The notes under the pieces were generated by a model. The model ran no database searches. It had not been told where the DNA came from and worked only from the letters and a program-made list of their open reading frames with translations. Shown here one piece after another: positions 1-17,295 of a DNA stretch of 64,000 bases. This DNA is from Auanema rhodensis (Eukaryota > Animalia > Nematoda): assembly GCA_964057225.1 (NCBI GenBank), contig OZ059899.1:4898001-4962000 (forward strand). Reading direction: 5' to 3'. How positions within the stretch are numbered: position 1 is the first letter of the stretch; every line of letters starts with the position of its first letter. A program made the position numbers and the translations under genes.

Positions 1-1039
1 CTAAAACTGAAGCGCAAATTGAATCTGTTTTACAGAAGCATCATGGTGATATAGCTAGTACTATAGATGAGTTGCTCACTGATCAATCAGTAATATTTCC
101 TTTTCTCTTTTCAAATACTTCTTTTTCTTCTTCTAGACTTCTTTTAATTCTGGTAATACTGCTTTATTTTACACCGCGGATTTTTCCAACTTTGCTTCTG
201 CACCTTCAAACTGCCCTACTCAAATGACTTCTCCGGTGCCACCGCCACCTCCGTACTCTGAAGCTATTCGAAGTCCTGCGCATCCACCTCGTATTCAGTA
301 TGCCTTGGAACCACCAGCTTCTGTAAACTCAAATGCCCCAACTTCATCTTCCTCTTCTTTAACTTGCGGTTCAATATCGTCTAGTCGAAGACATCATTCG
401 GCTGATACTATTGATCATATGGCTGCTTCTATTACAAACAGAAGGTTAATTATATTAATTGTTCTAGTTTATTTGAAGTTTGTAATTTAGTCGTTATCGA
501 AATACGAGAATGAGCTTGAACGAATTCAAACAAGAAAAGCGTCGACTAGATATCCTCAAGAAAGAAAATGAACAAAAACTTGAACATGTAACTGATGAAT
601 CGCAAGCCAGGTTTATTTTTTTTATATTTGTACTAATCTCTACTTTATTTTAGGATTCTTGAAGACGAACAACTAGCACTTATGATGCAAGATCGTGAGC
701 TCAATCGTTGTATGGGAATAGCTCCAGGTTGTACTCCAAGTGAACTTCTTTGAATTAATTTCTCTTTAGTTAATCAAAGACGAAGTTCCTCTTCTTTCCG
801 ACCGGAAATGAATGCTCAACCGAAGCAGAGCCGGCGAGCTACATCTCCAGGTCCAATGGTACCTCAAGGGCCCATTGTCGATGAAATGCTCATGCAATCC
901 ACAGAGAAAGATTTTCGCGAGAAATTAAAAATCATAAGCAAAGGTGGGTTTTTTGTTTTAATAGAATTTGTAATGTTCCGTTTCAGCTTCGAAAGCACGA
1001 ATTAGCCAAATTACTTCAAGATTTCGAAAGGAAGATTAA
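1..1039 (+). CDS. CUE-domain protein, CUEDC1-like (5' partial, multi-exon)
   Basis: First exon reads KTEAQIESVLQKHHGDIASTIDELL (C-terminal half of a CUE domain). Later exons ILEDEQLALMMQD and DFREKLKIISKASKARISQITSRF resemble conserved CUEDC1 blocks. GT-AG introns; stop TAA 1037-1039. Confidence 0.7.
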
Positions 1040-1199
1040 CCAACCTATAATGAATTTTCTTATTATGCATTTCCTGGGATATTTTTCCATCGAAAACAAA
1101 TGTTTGTACAAATGAAGTTTCATAACGCTTATTGGAATTTCAATAAATAAATAATCACATTTGAAAATTAAAAATTATGCGCAAAGTTCAATCGAATTA

Positions 1200-1963
1200 T
1201 TAATCATCTTCTCCAGCGGGCAGGTTATCCTTGAGAATGCCGTCGAAACGGATACGAATTTCTGTATTTGTTGGGTTTTCAATAGCAGTAGCAAACACCT
1301 GGTAACAAAGTATTTAAATATAAACTTGAAAATTGTGTAATACTTTGAAATGCAGAGCTTCCAAGGCGCCTCTTATGGCGCCAGCTATGATTTGAGAATA
1401 ACTGAGAGCTCCTAAAGAAGCTGGTACCTGAAAAGATAAAATAATCAAAATATACAAAAAAATATATACCTCAACGAGTTCAGTTAATGGATTATTTTCA
1501 ATGATTAAGGAAAATTCACGATCCCCAGCTCCCCAATTTGTAATGGCAGCTGGTACACCTGAAAATAATGAGACAGGTCTTGGGAAAGTATGAATTATCA
1601 AACCCAGATAACTCGGAATAGCGTTTTTACTCAAAACATCAGCCAATTGTCTGCAGTCAGTGCACTTAGGCACATGAGTGTTCTTAGCTAAAAAATCATC
1701 TGCCAAACGATTTCCCATATTGAATCCCATCTTAACGAGATACAAATTTTTTCATGCCACGTATGTTTTACTTTGCCTACCTTATCAAGCTGCATATTGA
1801 CCTGTTTTGGATCTTCATAATCTTTTAACATTTCTGTAACAAGAGCACCGTATGTCAAGGAGAAGAGCTCAGCACTCATCTAAATTTATCACTTCTATAC
1901 ACTTCATATTCACTCAGATACCTTTTTGGATTCAAGCACACCAGCTTTACTAGATTTAGCCAT
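1200..1963 (-). CDS. trpp-3: TRAPP complex subunit 3 (Bet3/TRAPPC3)
   Basis: MAKSSKAGVLESKK|MSAELFSLTYGALVTEMLKDYED...MGFNMGNRLADDFLAK...NNPLTELVE...DNLPAGEDD*. TTTTAG acceptor directly before the ATG. Confidence 0.95.
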
Positions 1964-2141
1964 CTAAAATATGAACTTGTTATATTATTTGTGATTTGAT
2001 AAGAAAAGATATAAATGAGTTAACTTTTTTTGAAACTGGAGCAAATTAGAAAAATTGGATTTATTATAATTTATTACAATACTTATAAGAAGACACCATT
2101 AATGGAATAAATATCGTATACATATACCAATTTCAATACTT

Positions 2142-5723
<3,582 letters not shown>

Positions 5724-6095
5724 CTTAATGAAAAATATTTATACAGTTCAATAATTTTAAACCAACAAAATTTAATAATAACATTATGAGAACGAGAATT
5801 CAAAAGGGAACAATACATTTATAAAATGACTCATACTTCTTCTTGAGTATTATTTAGCTTTAACTAAGATCCAATATAAACGAATAGAAAAGCACGATTT
5901 TATTCAATATTTTCTTAGAAAGAGAAGAGTATAGGTCATAGCATTTTTTCAATATTGGTATTCATGCAGACAATTGTTCGAATTATGCGCAACATGGGCG
6001 CATATTCTGTGTATAGTATAAACAGCTGTTTCATAATGGTCTACTAGGAGTACTGCTTCGCAAAATCTGAACTATTATAATTTATATTTCATAGT

Positions 6096-6119
6096 TCCCC
6101 CCCCCCCCCAAAAAAAAAA
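6096..6119. repeat. C14 homopolymer followed by A10 (G-tract on - strand)
   Basis: Directly visible, between the THAP gene 3' end and the prp-40 start. Confidence 0.85.
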
Positions 6120-6498
6120 TTGACGAAAAAATGCTTATAACTAGCTTCAACCGTATTCTATTCTATTCTTTAAAATTAACGGATGGCTATATTTTTATAT
6201 TACTGAACTGAATCAATTCTAAGAATAATTTATTTTATATTGGAATCAATAATATATAGAATAAAAATTCCTTTTTTTTACTTTTCATTCACAAATTGGG
6301 ACTAGGTGATTTTACATATACAATATTTTAGTAAACATTATATTTTCTACTTAATGTCCGACAAGTTTCAATATATTAAGTCTTCATTTTAATTAAATTA
6401 CAGATAATTTATAAAATAGAGGTAAATTTCTACAATACAGCTATAACGTAAGTACACAAATTCTTAGAGTTATACGCAAATGCGGCATGTATGATGAT

Positions 6499-8073
6499 TT
6501 ACGGACTTTCGGAAGTTTTCGAGTTAGATAAACCTAATATTAAACATTATGCTATTAGCTAAACAAAAAAAACCTTGTATTCCTGCTTGCGTTGCTCTTG
6601 TAAGCAAAGTCCGCGCCATATTCAGCATTGTATCCAATCGAGACTCCAACCTACCAAGACTTCTAAAAATAAGAATTTCTATATAATAAAAAGCTGTTTT
6701 TTCACTTTCGTATAGCTGGAAGTTGAGATATACAATTGTTGCAGGGAGGGTCAGAAACTATATTATCCTCACGGTAATTAAGACAATCGTTATGACATTC
6801 TGGGCGAGACTACAACGAACAAAAGTAAAAAAATTAAAAAAAAAACCACCTCAGTATTTGAAAAATTCATTGGAGAGTTAGATATTGTTGGAATTGGAGA
6901 TAATCCATTGATTCTAATTTTATTTTTATCAGAGCATATCTCATTCATGGTAATAGGCCCTAGGTATAATGATTACAAATCATGCAAGTTTTAATTATAT
7001 TACTAATAAGGTTTGGTGAAGCCACAGAGTTAACAATTGGCTTAGCTTTCTTATCTCCCATGATATCTGTCAAGTTTAGTGGCCCTAAATGTCCATCAAG
7101 TACTAAAAATTTATATAATTCCGTAATATACTTGATACAGTTACAGTTGCAGTAGCCGCATGTATGTGATTTAACTCGGAAAAAGCGGTTTTGTTTTCTT
7201 GAGGTACCTGCGAACAAATATTATGAGTAAATCTCTATTAATATTAACAATAACCTTTTGAAACACCCTTATTACTTTTCGGGGCAAGCTATTTGAAAGG
7301 CAATGATCCTGTTGTCCTTGTATGTTCGAAGTTGTTGCTTAAGAAATTTGAAAATCAATATCATAAATTTAACAATATACCTTTTGTTAAAGCTGGATTT
7401 TGAAAGACTGTTGCATTTTTCCGTAATTTTAAAATGGGCATTTTTTGGCTCACTAAATCTGATACAATAGTATTCTCAAATTAATCGGAAATAGACATTC
7501 AAAATTTAGTTTAAGTGAAAAATATATAAAATATCATTTTTTGTTCATTAGTTTTAAAACTATATAAAGTTAAACATTTAACTCTATAAGAGCAAATATA
7601 ATGTACTGACTATCTGCTTCCAACTTGCGCTTCCGGGCAGGTAAATTTAAGTAAGGAAACATATTGACCTCATGAGATTGTGGATGAAAATGTGCTTCAC
7701 ATACCTACAATACTATATTCTTAAAGACAGTGATCACTGCAACATAAACCTACTTTAAAATTTCCATCAGCTAATTGAGGAACTGCTTCTATCCACATCC
7801 GCTTCATACGAGGGGAAGAAGGAGGAGTGAATAAACGTATACTTCGGCTACCATATATTGTAGAAGAATCATTATTACAAGTTTCCACAGCACATTTCAA
7901 CTAAAGAGGCAAAGTTACTAAATTTCACTGTATGCTCTACCTTCTTCACAACAAGAACAGGAGAAGTTGAACTCGTGGCATTAGAACTACTTTCACTGTT
8001 ACCCCTATAATCGAGACCTCAATAAATTTTTTTATCGGAATGTAACATACATACTCGTTCCTATGTTATTCAT
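6499..8073 (-). CDS. THAP zinc-finger protein with C-terminal coiled coil
   Basis: Spliced exons give KCAVETCNND...RLFTPP..PRMKRMWIEAV...VCEAHF..P, i.e. the C2CH THAP pattern (C-x4-C...W...C-x2-HF). C-terminal IRKSLGRLESRLDTMLNMAR is coiled-coil-like. Start codon tentative. Confidence 0.72.
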
Positions 8074-8915
8074 AGTGAAATAACGTTAAGATGGAGCAAT
8101 TCTATTATTATCTTTATATGAATTTGTACCTGAATTAACTGGATACTTTTCTCTACGGGACCAATTTAAAAGCCTACCCATATCACAGCTATTAAGATTA
8201 TCACAATATAAACTAATCATTGAGTATTTACGATATATATCCAGACTAGAAAAGAAAATGCATCAGGGATACAATATAACAGTAGTTTGCTTGAAAATCA
8301 TTTTTTTAAATTTTAAACAAGATAATCTAAAAAGCACTGATAATCCGCCAATAAACTTGGCTAGCGCAATTTGTGCGACCAGTCCTTTAATTTCATCACT
8401 CTAGCTACAAATAGAGTGTAAGCTATGTCTTTTGCATAGGTTCTAACGTCTGGAGATATTAAAGTACAAGTTATAACTTCAACAGTTGTAATACAAGAAA
8501 ATTTTCTTTCAAGGGTATTGTACTCTTTGCTATGGTCTTTAGCTTATTTTTGCTTCTCATTTTTCTTTTTCCTGTAACTAGTTCTCAACTTGATGTCTTC
8601 TTATCAAATCATTTCCAGTCAATATTAGTAGAGTTCTATATTAAGTTTGAAACAATAAGAATTAATATTTATGGGTTAGATTCCTTCGACTTTAGAAGTT
8701 TCTTTCTCTATAGATTTGTTTATAACTATGATATTTATCATGTTCTTGAGATACCAACTTAGTTCTTAAAGTAAATTAGACCGATTTCATTTTTTTCACT
8801 GTTTATTTTTGGAAACGGTTGTTTTGGTTTATCGGAATTGACCTGGGTTCTTGTTGATCTGATGTTTGATTGTTCCCTTATCCTTACAGTCTTACTCTAT
8901 TTGGTATGTTATAGG

Positions 8916-11900
8916 ATGACAGTGGGTGAAACAGCAGTCGATACCACAATTCCTGCTGAAAAAATGGGAGATCAACTTCTGAACGTTTCAGAACAAATTT
9001 CATCTCTTGTTCCTGATGATAAAGATGCTGGTATTAGCGCCGTTTTTCTTGTGTTTCTTATTATTCTAATATAGATGCAGCTTCCTCACTCGATAGCTTG
9101 TACAAGCTCACCATTAATCCCACAGTTGGCGAACCATTTGAGCTACAGGTAGCGAAGAAAACAATTTTTTGTGCTAACGTAATCACTTTAGGTGAATAAG
9201 ACAGAAATGATCCAAGAACTTCATCAAGTTCTCTTGGAACGTGAAGCCACTTGTCACAGAACTTGTTTTTCTCTTCAATTAAATGGACAAACCTTGGATA
9301 ACTTCACTGAAATTAAGAATTTTCCTGAATTAGTTGATGGAAGTGTTTTACAAGTTGTTGAAGGTATTATAAGCTGTTGTGTTTCAAACTATTATTCATT
9401 CCATAGAACCATTCACTCTACGCGAAGGACGTATCCATCTTAGACATATTAGAGATCTTCTTCGTTGTTCCGATCCTGTCGAAGGAGCTAATGCTGTTGA
9501 CGGAGCATCTTTGACATATTTACCAAGTGTGAACATCCAGGAGCGTAAAGATAAAGATAAGCCTTTTGATGGCCAGCCACCAGAGTATGTTCTCCCAGGC
9601 ACAAAGGTTCGCATATTTTGTCGTTATATTCGTTGTTATTCTCTTATGTCATACAGGAAAGATCATTGACTCATTTGTTATCTCCTGCCTCAAAGTTACC
9701 TCAAGCTGTCAAGAACATTGCTATTTCCTCATTTAACCCTCCTCCAGGACCACGCAAAATGAAGGGAGATGTTCTTTATTTTTACATAGATACTGTGGAG
9801 AAGCGCCGTCTTCATGTTACCTGTTGTACTAAGGGATTCTTCATTAACTCTTCAACCGATGAGGGATTCGACCCTTCACCTTCTAATCAACACAAGAATG
9901 TGTATCACAGTGTAGTTGATCTTCTGAATGCTGTTAGTCCTGGGTTTAAGAAGGTAATTTATCTGGGATTCAGAGAATACAGGTTTTGTTATAGGCTTAT
10001 GCTGTTATTATCAAAAAGCGGAGCGAACGCCATATGCTCGATAGGCTTCCTACTCCATATCCTATTTATTCTTGGTTGGTTCCTCAAGCTCCAATGACCG
10101 AAGACGGAATTCGTGCGGAAGATGGAACTTTACCACATCGCGTTGGTTTTGAAGGTAAATTATCAAGAATTTTGAAATGTACCAGTGATCACCACCACCC
10201 TCCATTTCAGATCATCTTCCTGGTCAAAATCGTGACTGGAACGAAGAACTTCAAACAACGTATGAAATGTCTAGAGGAACATGGTCTGACCGTATAATCA
10301 GAGATAGAAGTATCTTTAAGATTCATGGCGATTTTGTTGGTGCTGCTGTCAAAGTATGCTTTCGATACCCACCTGTTATTTAATAAGTCTTAAAGGGTGC
10401 TACTGCTATTTTGGATGGAAATGTTATGGCTATCAACCCAGCCGATGAGCCTAAAACTCACATGTTTATTTGGAACAATATATTCTTCTCCTTAGGTTTT
10501 GATGTAAAAGATCATTACAAGGTATTTATATGTTTCTGAATAGGTCATTGTTTTTTATATTTGTTTCAGGAGCTAGGGGGAGACGCTGCTTCTTTCACAG
10601 CTACATCTGCAGATTTACAAGGAGTAAAAGCCTATGCTGCATTAGATGACCCTAAGCTTTGTACTCTTGGAATGGCTGTTCTCGACTACAAAGGATTTAG
10701 AATTACAGCTCAAAGTATAATACCCGGAATTCTCGATAGAGAACAAGTATGACTATTATTATATTAATCATTAGATTAATTATGAGAAAATAGGAACAAT
10801 CGGTAATTTATGGATCTATTGACTTTGGAAAAACTATTGTATCTTCGGAAAAGTATCACGGTGTTTTGGAAAACGCTGCCAAACAATTGAAAATTCTTCC
10901 TCATGAAGTTGTTATCGGTCCCAATGGCGAAACCGCTAAATTGTTCAGCAGTTATGAAACTAAGGTACTGTTTTTTTTTCAAAATAATATTTTAAAGTGA
11001 TTCTCAGGGAATTATTGGGAACGATGGCCGCCAATATGTACTAGATCTCTTGAGGACTATGCCTCCTGATGTGCACTTTATGGAAAATGTAGAAGTATCT
11101 GCTAAGGCAAAGGAGCTCGGATTTCCTAGAAAACACCCTCATAAGCTAGCTGCACTAAGACAGGAGCTTGTGGAAGTGTTCCATGAGTATACTTTTATCT
11201 ATTAAAATGTTATAAAATCTAACTTTTAGAACTCGATGCTTGCAATTTATCAGAATTGCTGCTCAACTTGTTCGCGATGACATTCTTCAGGATTCTGCCA
11301 ACGAAAAAGAAAAATACGCCGACATTGAAAAACACATAACCAAGATTCTCGTTGATGTTAGTGAAGGAAGAGATCCTGTTACTGAACACGATAAAATTCG
11401 TAATGCTCTTGCCAAGGTCGGTATACATGTTTGCTTTCTAAACATATTTTGTATGTCAGGCTGCTAAGGATGTCGGTTCTCTGAAGCCCAATACCTTTGA
11501 CATTCGTTTTAATCCTGACTGTTATTCAACTACGTTAGTCCATAGCCCTAATGAAGATTTGGAAAATCAAAAGCGTATTCACGTCGAGGTTTGTTTGTAG
11601 TATATAAATGATTGTATATAATAATGTATAGGCGGCTGAATTCCTTCTCACGAATCAAATCCCAGATCTAGTCCAACACTGTGTTGAATGCGTTTATACT
11701 CCCATCGATGGTGAAGCCCTTTGTGAACTTATGCACAGCAGAGGTATCAATGTTCGATATTTGGGAGAAGTTGCAAAATTGGTCGAAGTGAGTTTTTTAT
11801 TAATAAAATTCATATCATAATCCTTATTCAGAAGAAGTCTCAGTCTAGTTACATGCGTTCCTTGGTTGTTGGAGAACTTATTTGTAGATGTCTTAAACGT

Positions 11901-13837
11901 ATTCTTAGGCAATACATGCATCCACTTTCACAGGTCAGTACTATTTATATTTCTCATTGTGTCGGTTGGTAGTGCAGTGCGTAGTGCCCAGTACTACGAC
12001 CAGAGGGTTGTTGGTTCAATTCCTCTGTGAAACCAAAATTGGTTCTGTGTGATTAGTGATGATACTTACTCAGCTCACTCCTAGAAAGATGAGGATTTGA
12101 TCCACTCTGAAATACACATTTTAGGACAAACTTGCTGTAGCTATCTGCCATATGCTAAAAGCAATTTTTGGAACTCTTAGTAATGATGGAAGATTTTCCC
12201 CAGTTGAGAAGTCTTCAAAGAAGGTTAGGCTCTTCTCTTATCTGCTTATTTTATTGCCAATTTGTATTTAGAGTAATAAGAAGTCTAAGAGAAATCCTTC
12301 TAATGAAGAATGGACTACTCTCTCTACGAAATCTCTGTGGAAAGCTGTTTCCGATGAAGCATTGAGCTATTATGGTTATACTCTTGAGGTATTTGGATAT
12401 TGAACAATTCATTTAATTAAAATTTCTTAAGGGTGACAGTGCCGATGCTCTTGTTGAAAAATATGGAATTCAGAAAATTTCTATTTTAAGAAGATTGTGT
12501 AAAACTTTGGGAATTCAACTTCTTAACAGAGTAATTGATTGAAAAAAAATTTTTTTTCTCAGTCCGTGTTTTAAGGATTATAACTTGGATGCTCCCAAAG
12601 GAAAGCCCATTTTCACCGAAGATGACATTCATGGATTATATCCTGTAGTTAAACATCGTCAACCAAGCTCAATGGATGCTAAGATGTTCTATCAACAAGG
12701 ACAAAAGGATATGCAAATTGGGAATCTTAGGGAAGCTTTTACTTGTATTGCTGAATCGGTAAATTAAGTTTGATAACTGCTAAAACTTATCATTTGTTAA
12801 TTCAGGTTAATTCGATGACGTCCATATATGGTGCTTTGCATCCAGACCTTGCGCAGTCCTTGAAAACACTCGCAAGATTAAATTATATTCTGGGAGATTC
12901 GACTGAAGCCTTATCTCAGCAACACAAGGCTACTATTATCAGTGAACGCTGTAATGGACTTGATCATGGTAATACCATTATTGAATATGTAAGAATTCAC
13001 ATATTTGTTATTTATCAAACATGTTTTTACTAGATTAACTTGGCTCACTTTGCCTTTGGCAGCCTTTATATTTCCGCCGCTTTGAGACTGTTATATAGAG
13101 CTCGTTATTTGTTATTGATTGCTCATGGAGAGAAGCATCCCATTATGTCCCAAATTGACGTAATCTTTCATTAATATATGCTTCTATTGTTTCTGTTTCA
13201 GGGAAATATTGGAGTTATTCTTTTTGCTGTTCAAGAGTACGATACTGCTTTGAAATATCTTCAATCCGCTAAGGCTGCCAGCGTTGCTAATGAGGAACCT
13301 AAGAGAATTAAGGTTTCATTTTAAAAATATCTAGTTGTTTTATTCTATTTTTAGATGGCTCTTATTGAGCACATTATTGCTGTATGCAATGCTTCTCGTG
13401 GTGATTTCCGTGCTGCTCTTACTGCTGAAAAAGAAGCATATTCCATATACCTAAATATGTTCGGACCATCTCACACAAAGACTGAAGTAATAAATATCAA
13501 GATATTGTTTTCTGATTACAATTTCAGGAATCGTCTGAATTCCTCAAGGACTTAACACAGCAAGCTGTTTCTTTCCAAAAAAGAATGATGGAAGCCAGCA
13601 AAGGAAGCTCAATTTCCCAACTTCTACCAATCCAAGTAAATTCTTTTCTCAAACTCAATTAAAACGTTTTCTTTGTAGATCCAACAGCCATCTCTATCAT
13701 CAATTCTTGATGTAATGAACATTATCAATGGAATCATAATTATTTCAATGGGATCTGGTGGTGAAGAAAATAAGCCTGAAGAAAAAGAAAAAATAGAAGC
13801 AAGCCAAAAGCAAATGGCGGATGAAGCTCTTGATTAA
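8916..13837 (+). CDS. clu-1: Clustered mitochondria protein (CLUH/Clu1), TPR-containing
   Basis: [75 protein letters not shown]-terminal TPRs. About 24 introns. Confidence 0.96.
11964..12035 (+). pseudogene. tRNA-like element (degenerate tRNA-Arg ACG), probable Pol III promoter/leader for the downstream snoRNA
   Basis: A-box TAGTGCAGTGCG, anticodon-loop-like CTACGAC, B-box GGTTCAATTCC, GGTT/AACC acceptor ends. The anticodon stem does not pair. Confidence 0.75.
12046..12118 (+). ncRNA. Box C/D snoRNA in clu-1 intron
   Basis: Terminal stem TGTGT(g)ATT/AATACACA, box C GTGATGA 12056-12062, C'-like ATGAGGA, box D CTGA 12107-12110, then TTTT. Confidence 0.8.
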
Positions 13838-14354
13838 ACAACTGGTATAAGAACAATTATTAGTATGTGTTGTAGGTTTGCTTAGATTAGATTTTTATCG
13901 AAGTTATTTGTTGACTTTCAAAAAGTTTATGATAGAGAATATTATTTATAGTCATTAGCTATTATTTGTTGAATAGTTTTGAATTTGATTACTTGTTATG
14001 CACCCACAGTGTGCCTTTTATGCTCAAGCCTTGTTTGTGGTTCCTTTTCCTATCCTGCCACATTTATTAAAAAAGCTCTTCTGATTGTTAAGATTAGTTA
14101 AGGAGTGTAGTAACTTGTAGTTTAGAAAGATTAGGTTCCTCGTTTGTTAATTATTTTATTATTTTAACGTCAAGGCCGCGCAAAATCATCTTACAGAATC
14201 TGAATGTAGTCCTGCTTTTCGCGACCCTGATCTCAGTGTATGTTACTCACTACTCTTGTTGGATATCATTTTAGCTCTTTTTTTTTATACGTTTATCAAT
14301 AAATTTATTAGTTTGATTATGCGAAGTTATTCATATATGATATATTTGAGGATC

Positions 14355-15410
14355 TTATGTAAAGAGTTTGTTCATGCGCATTGCAGCATTGTGAATTTTT
14401 TTTGAAAAGTGGGAAGGTGCGTAAAGACTAAAATCTTTCGAAGCTGAAAACAATTCTTTGAGTAGAGATAGAATATATAGAAACAAACATTTTTTGATTT
14501 TAGTTTGCTTGCGGTAAAAATCGATGTAATCAGGAAGACGCTTCCAATCAGCTTCAAACATGTTCATAGGTACCCGTGGTATAGAATTAAATATTGATGC
14601 GCGACCACTATAATGAATACATTACATTTGCTGATTAGATGTAATACTTACTTTCCCAATGACTCCTTATAATATTTCAAAATAGTTTTTAGCTTGTTCA
14701 TTATATGTTGATAAAAAGAGTTTTGTTGATCTAGCATTGGAGTGATAACTTCAAGAATTACTATTAAAGATCGACAAGCCATATCGTAATTTGATGCGTT
14801 GATTTCAAAAGCTTAAAATTGAAATAACGTTATTCACATGGAATGTGAAAATACCTGGTCTATCTAATTTGGCTAGGAAGCTATAGCAATCAGCTAACAT
14901 GAGATGTTGCATGCAAATAGCTACGGGGTCGTCAACAGCATGTATTACTTTCAACTCTCTCAGCCAATATTCATAAAGATCCAATATCTGAAAAAATTGA
15001 AAATGTTTCGTTCTTATATGGTTATTCTCACCTTAATCTTATTACACGTCCACGTGTCATAAGCTATCAAATCATCACGGTTTTGTAGAAAACGTTGATG
15101 AGCGTGATTCATTTGATTTTGGCGAGTCTAAAAAATTATTTTAAAGTGATTATCTAATTTAAAATACCTCAATAAGGTTCATGTAAAACTTTGATAAGAA
15201 TCGTAAGCGTAAAATACATGATTCAACCTCATAATTACATTCCATCGTTGAATCAAAGTCGTTATATATACGATGATATTTATTTTGAAATAGGTCTAGA
15301 AGAAGTGACTTGATCATACCGGAGCTCGAATCGTGTTCAATGAATAATAAACGAATGATTCAGAATAAAAGGAGGAGCATATGGAAATGCAACATTTAGA
15401 ATTAAATGTT
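14355..15410 (-). CDS. Uncharacterised helical protein (orphan; 5' end uncertain)
   Basis: At least 5 in-phase exons with GT-AG ~45-nt introns: TYFKIKYHRIYNDF...|TRQNQMNHAHQRF...|ILDLYEYWLRELK...|AFEINASNYDMAC...|GRASIFNSIPRVPMNMFEADW...LFT*. No family recognised. Confidence 0.6.
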
Positions 15411-15704
15411 CCTCAAAATGATAATCATCATATGGCTACCTGACCATCTGGCTATCATCTGTCTAACCATATTCAAACAATTTCAGATGGAAAATAAGGT
15501 CATATCAATCTGTATTTCATAAAAACATATGCCGAGTAAGAAAATGAACTTAGAAAAAAAGATAGAAAAGATAAAGCAGAAAATACAATGTAACTAGATT
15601 AGCAGATATGCTGACAGCAGGCTTCATAATTCTTTTTTAACATAGGAATACTTCACATAATAGTATTTTCATTGTTCAAAGAATCTACCAAACAAGATAT
15701 TATA

Positions 15705-15758
15705 AAAATGTAAAAATGAAAATGAAAAAATGAAAATGTAAAAATGAAAATTGAAAAA
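15705..15758. repeat. Degenerate (AAAATG)n simple repeat
   Basis: About 8 imperfect AAAA(A)TG units. Confidence 0.8.
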
Positions 15759-16510
15759 TAAAGAATAATCGGAAGCACTTTCAGTAGTTTATATGCTCTC
15801 CCACCTTAGTTGTTAGTTGGCTCCAATGACGAATGCTAGACAACAGAAAAAATCGGAATAGATAAATGTTCAGAATGGTTCAAAAAGAATAGTTTTTTCC
15901 TTCCGCTTCTATTTATATAGGAATAGAATTATCAAACTGATAAAAGCATTGATACGCCCACTAATTAATTATTTCTAACAGATGGTTAGAGTTCATCTAT
16001 AAAAGTGAAAAGAAAAAAAATAATGTACTGAATCATTGAAATAAAATTAAAATTTGCTCAGAACATTGATTGAGTTGAAGTGATACAAGGAAAGAATATC
16101 AAACAGTTTGATTGAGTCAACCTTTAACATTAAAAAGCTCTTGCCATTAGGTTCGAAGTTCTTGAAGTGTATTATTTCTACGAAGTTCAAACTTTGTTAT
16201 TCCGTATTTTTTGACAATTGTTAGCTTATGCTTTATTAATGAAAAAAAGCTTAATATCAACCTCACTAATATAACAAATAATCCTAAATAATATTCAACT
16301 TATTTCTGCTGCTTCTTAGTAATTTACGTCCTCATGTGCAATAGTCTAGGACCTTTTTATTAAGATAAAATGTAAAGTTACTACCAAGAGTATATATAGT
16401 TATGTGAGCAGTTTCATACCCTGAATATAATTATATAACTATCAGCAATACACGTAGGCATGAGTTATTATACAATATGCTAATCATGCCACGCTTCATT
16501 TCCGGTTGCG

Positions 16511-17295
16511 ATGTCTGACAGAAAGGTTGCTCCTGTGTCTTTAAGGTAGGGATCTTCCTAATTTATATCAACATTCAATGGTCATTAAATTTTTATTTGT
16601 ATATTTTTCATTTTCTTATTAAACCTAAAACCTATCATAGATCAAAGTATATTTCATAGGTTTTTTGAACCTCGTATGATAGATTATCCTGGAGATTGGG
16701 AAGGAGATATATTTTCTTGCCCCCAATGCTTGAAATGTTATAGTACGGAAATGGCAAGAAAGCATTTAAAAATCCTGAGTTTGATTATTTGGTCTGTTTA
16801 GGCAAGAGCTCACCATACAATTCAAAACCATTGTGTCGCTTTACGTTGTTTCGGATGTGATGAAGTGGTCAAACCTAAAAACGTGTGCTTTATGTTCATC
16901 GTTTCAGAATTTTAAAACTTTTCGTCAGATGGTTAGTCATGTTATATCTGAGCATCCCAAAAAACATTTCTCTTGCTACTTTTGTAAGGTATATATTTCA
17001 AGCTTTTCCATTGCATTTGTAATTTTATATTTTTAGTCGAAATGGAACAGAGTTAAATCGATAAAATTATCGGAATGGCAACACATTAGGCATCATATTT
17101 ATGGAGTAACAAAAAATTGTTAAAAAAAAAGTATAAATAATTTTACAGGAATTGGTATACGAAAAAATTTCGGAATACCGACAAGATGAGAATGAACAGG
17201 TTGCTGAGCCACAACCAGATTTACAAGAGTTCCAACCCAAACAGGAAACTGTGGAATATTGCTATGAGCAGGAAATTATAGTAAAACAACAATAA
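16511..17295 (+). CDS. C2H2 zinc-finger protein (3 fingers, acidic C-terminus)
   Basis: CPQCLKCYSTEM|ARAHHTIQNH, CFGCDEVVKPKN|MVSHVISEH, CYFCK|SKW...IRHH. Requires one GC-AG intron (16754-16801). Confidence 0.75.

Noticed and set aside
6499-8073. THAP gene as a P-element-like transposase
   Set aside because: No DDE domain, terminal inverted repeats or target-site duplication; intron-rich host-type gene.
11964-12035. Functional tRNA-Arg gene
   Set aside because: The anticodon stem and inner acceptor stem do not pair; treated as a tRNA-like leader.
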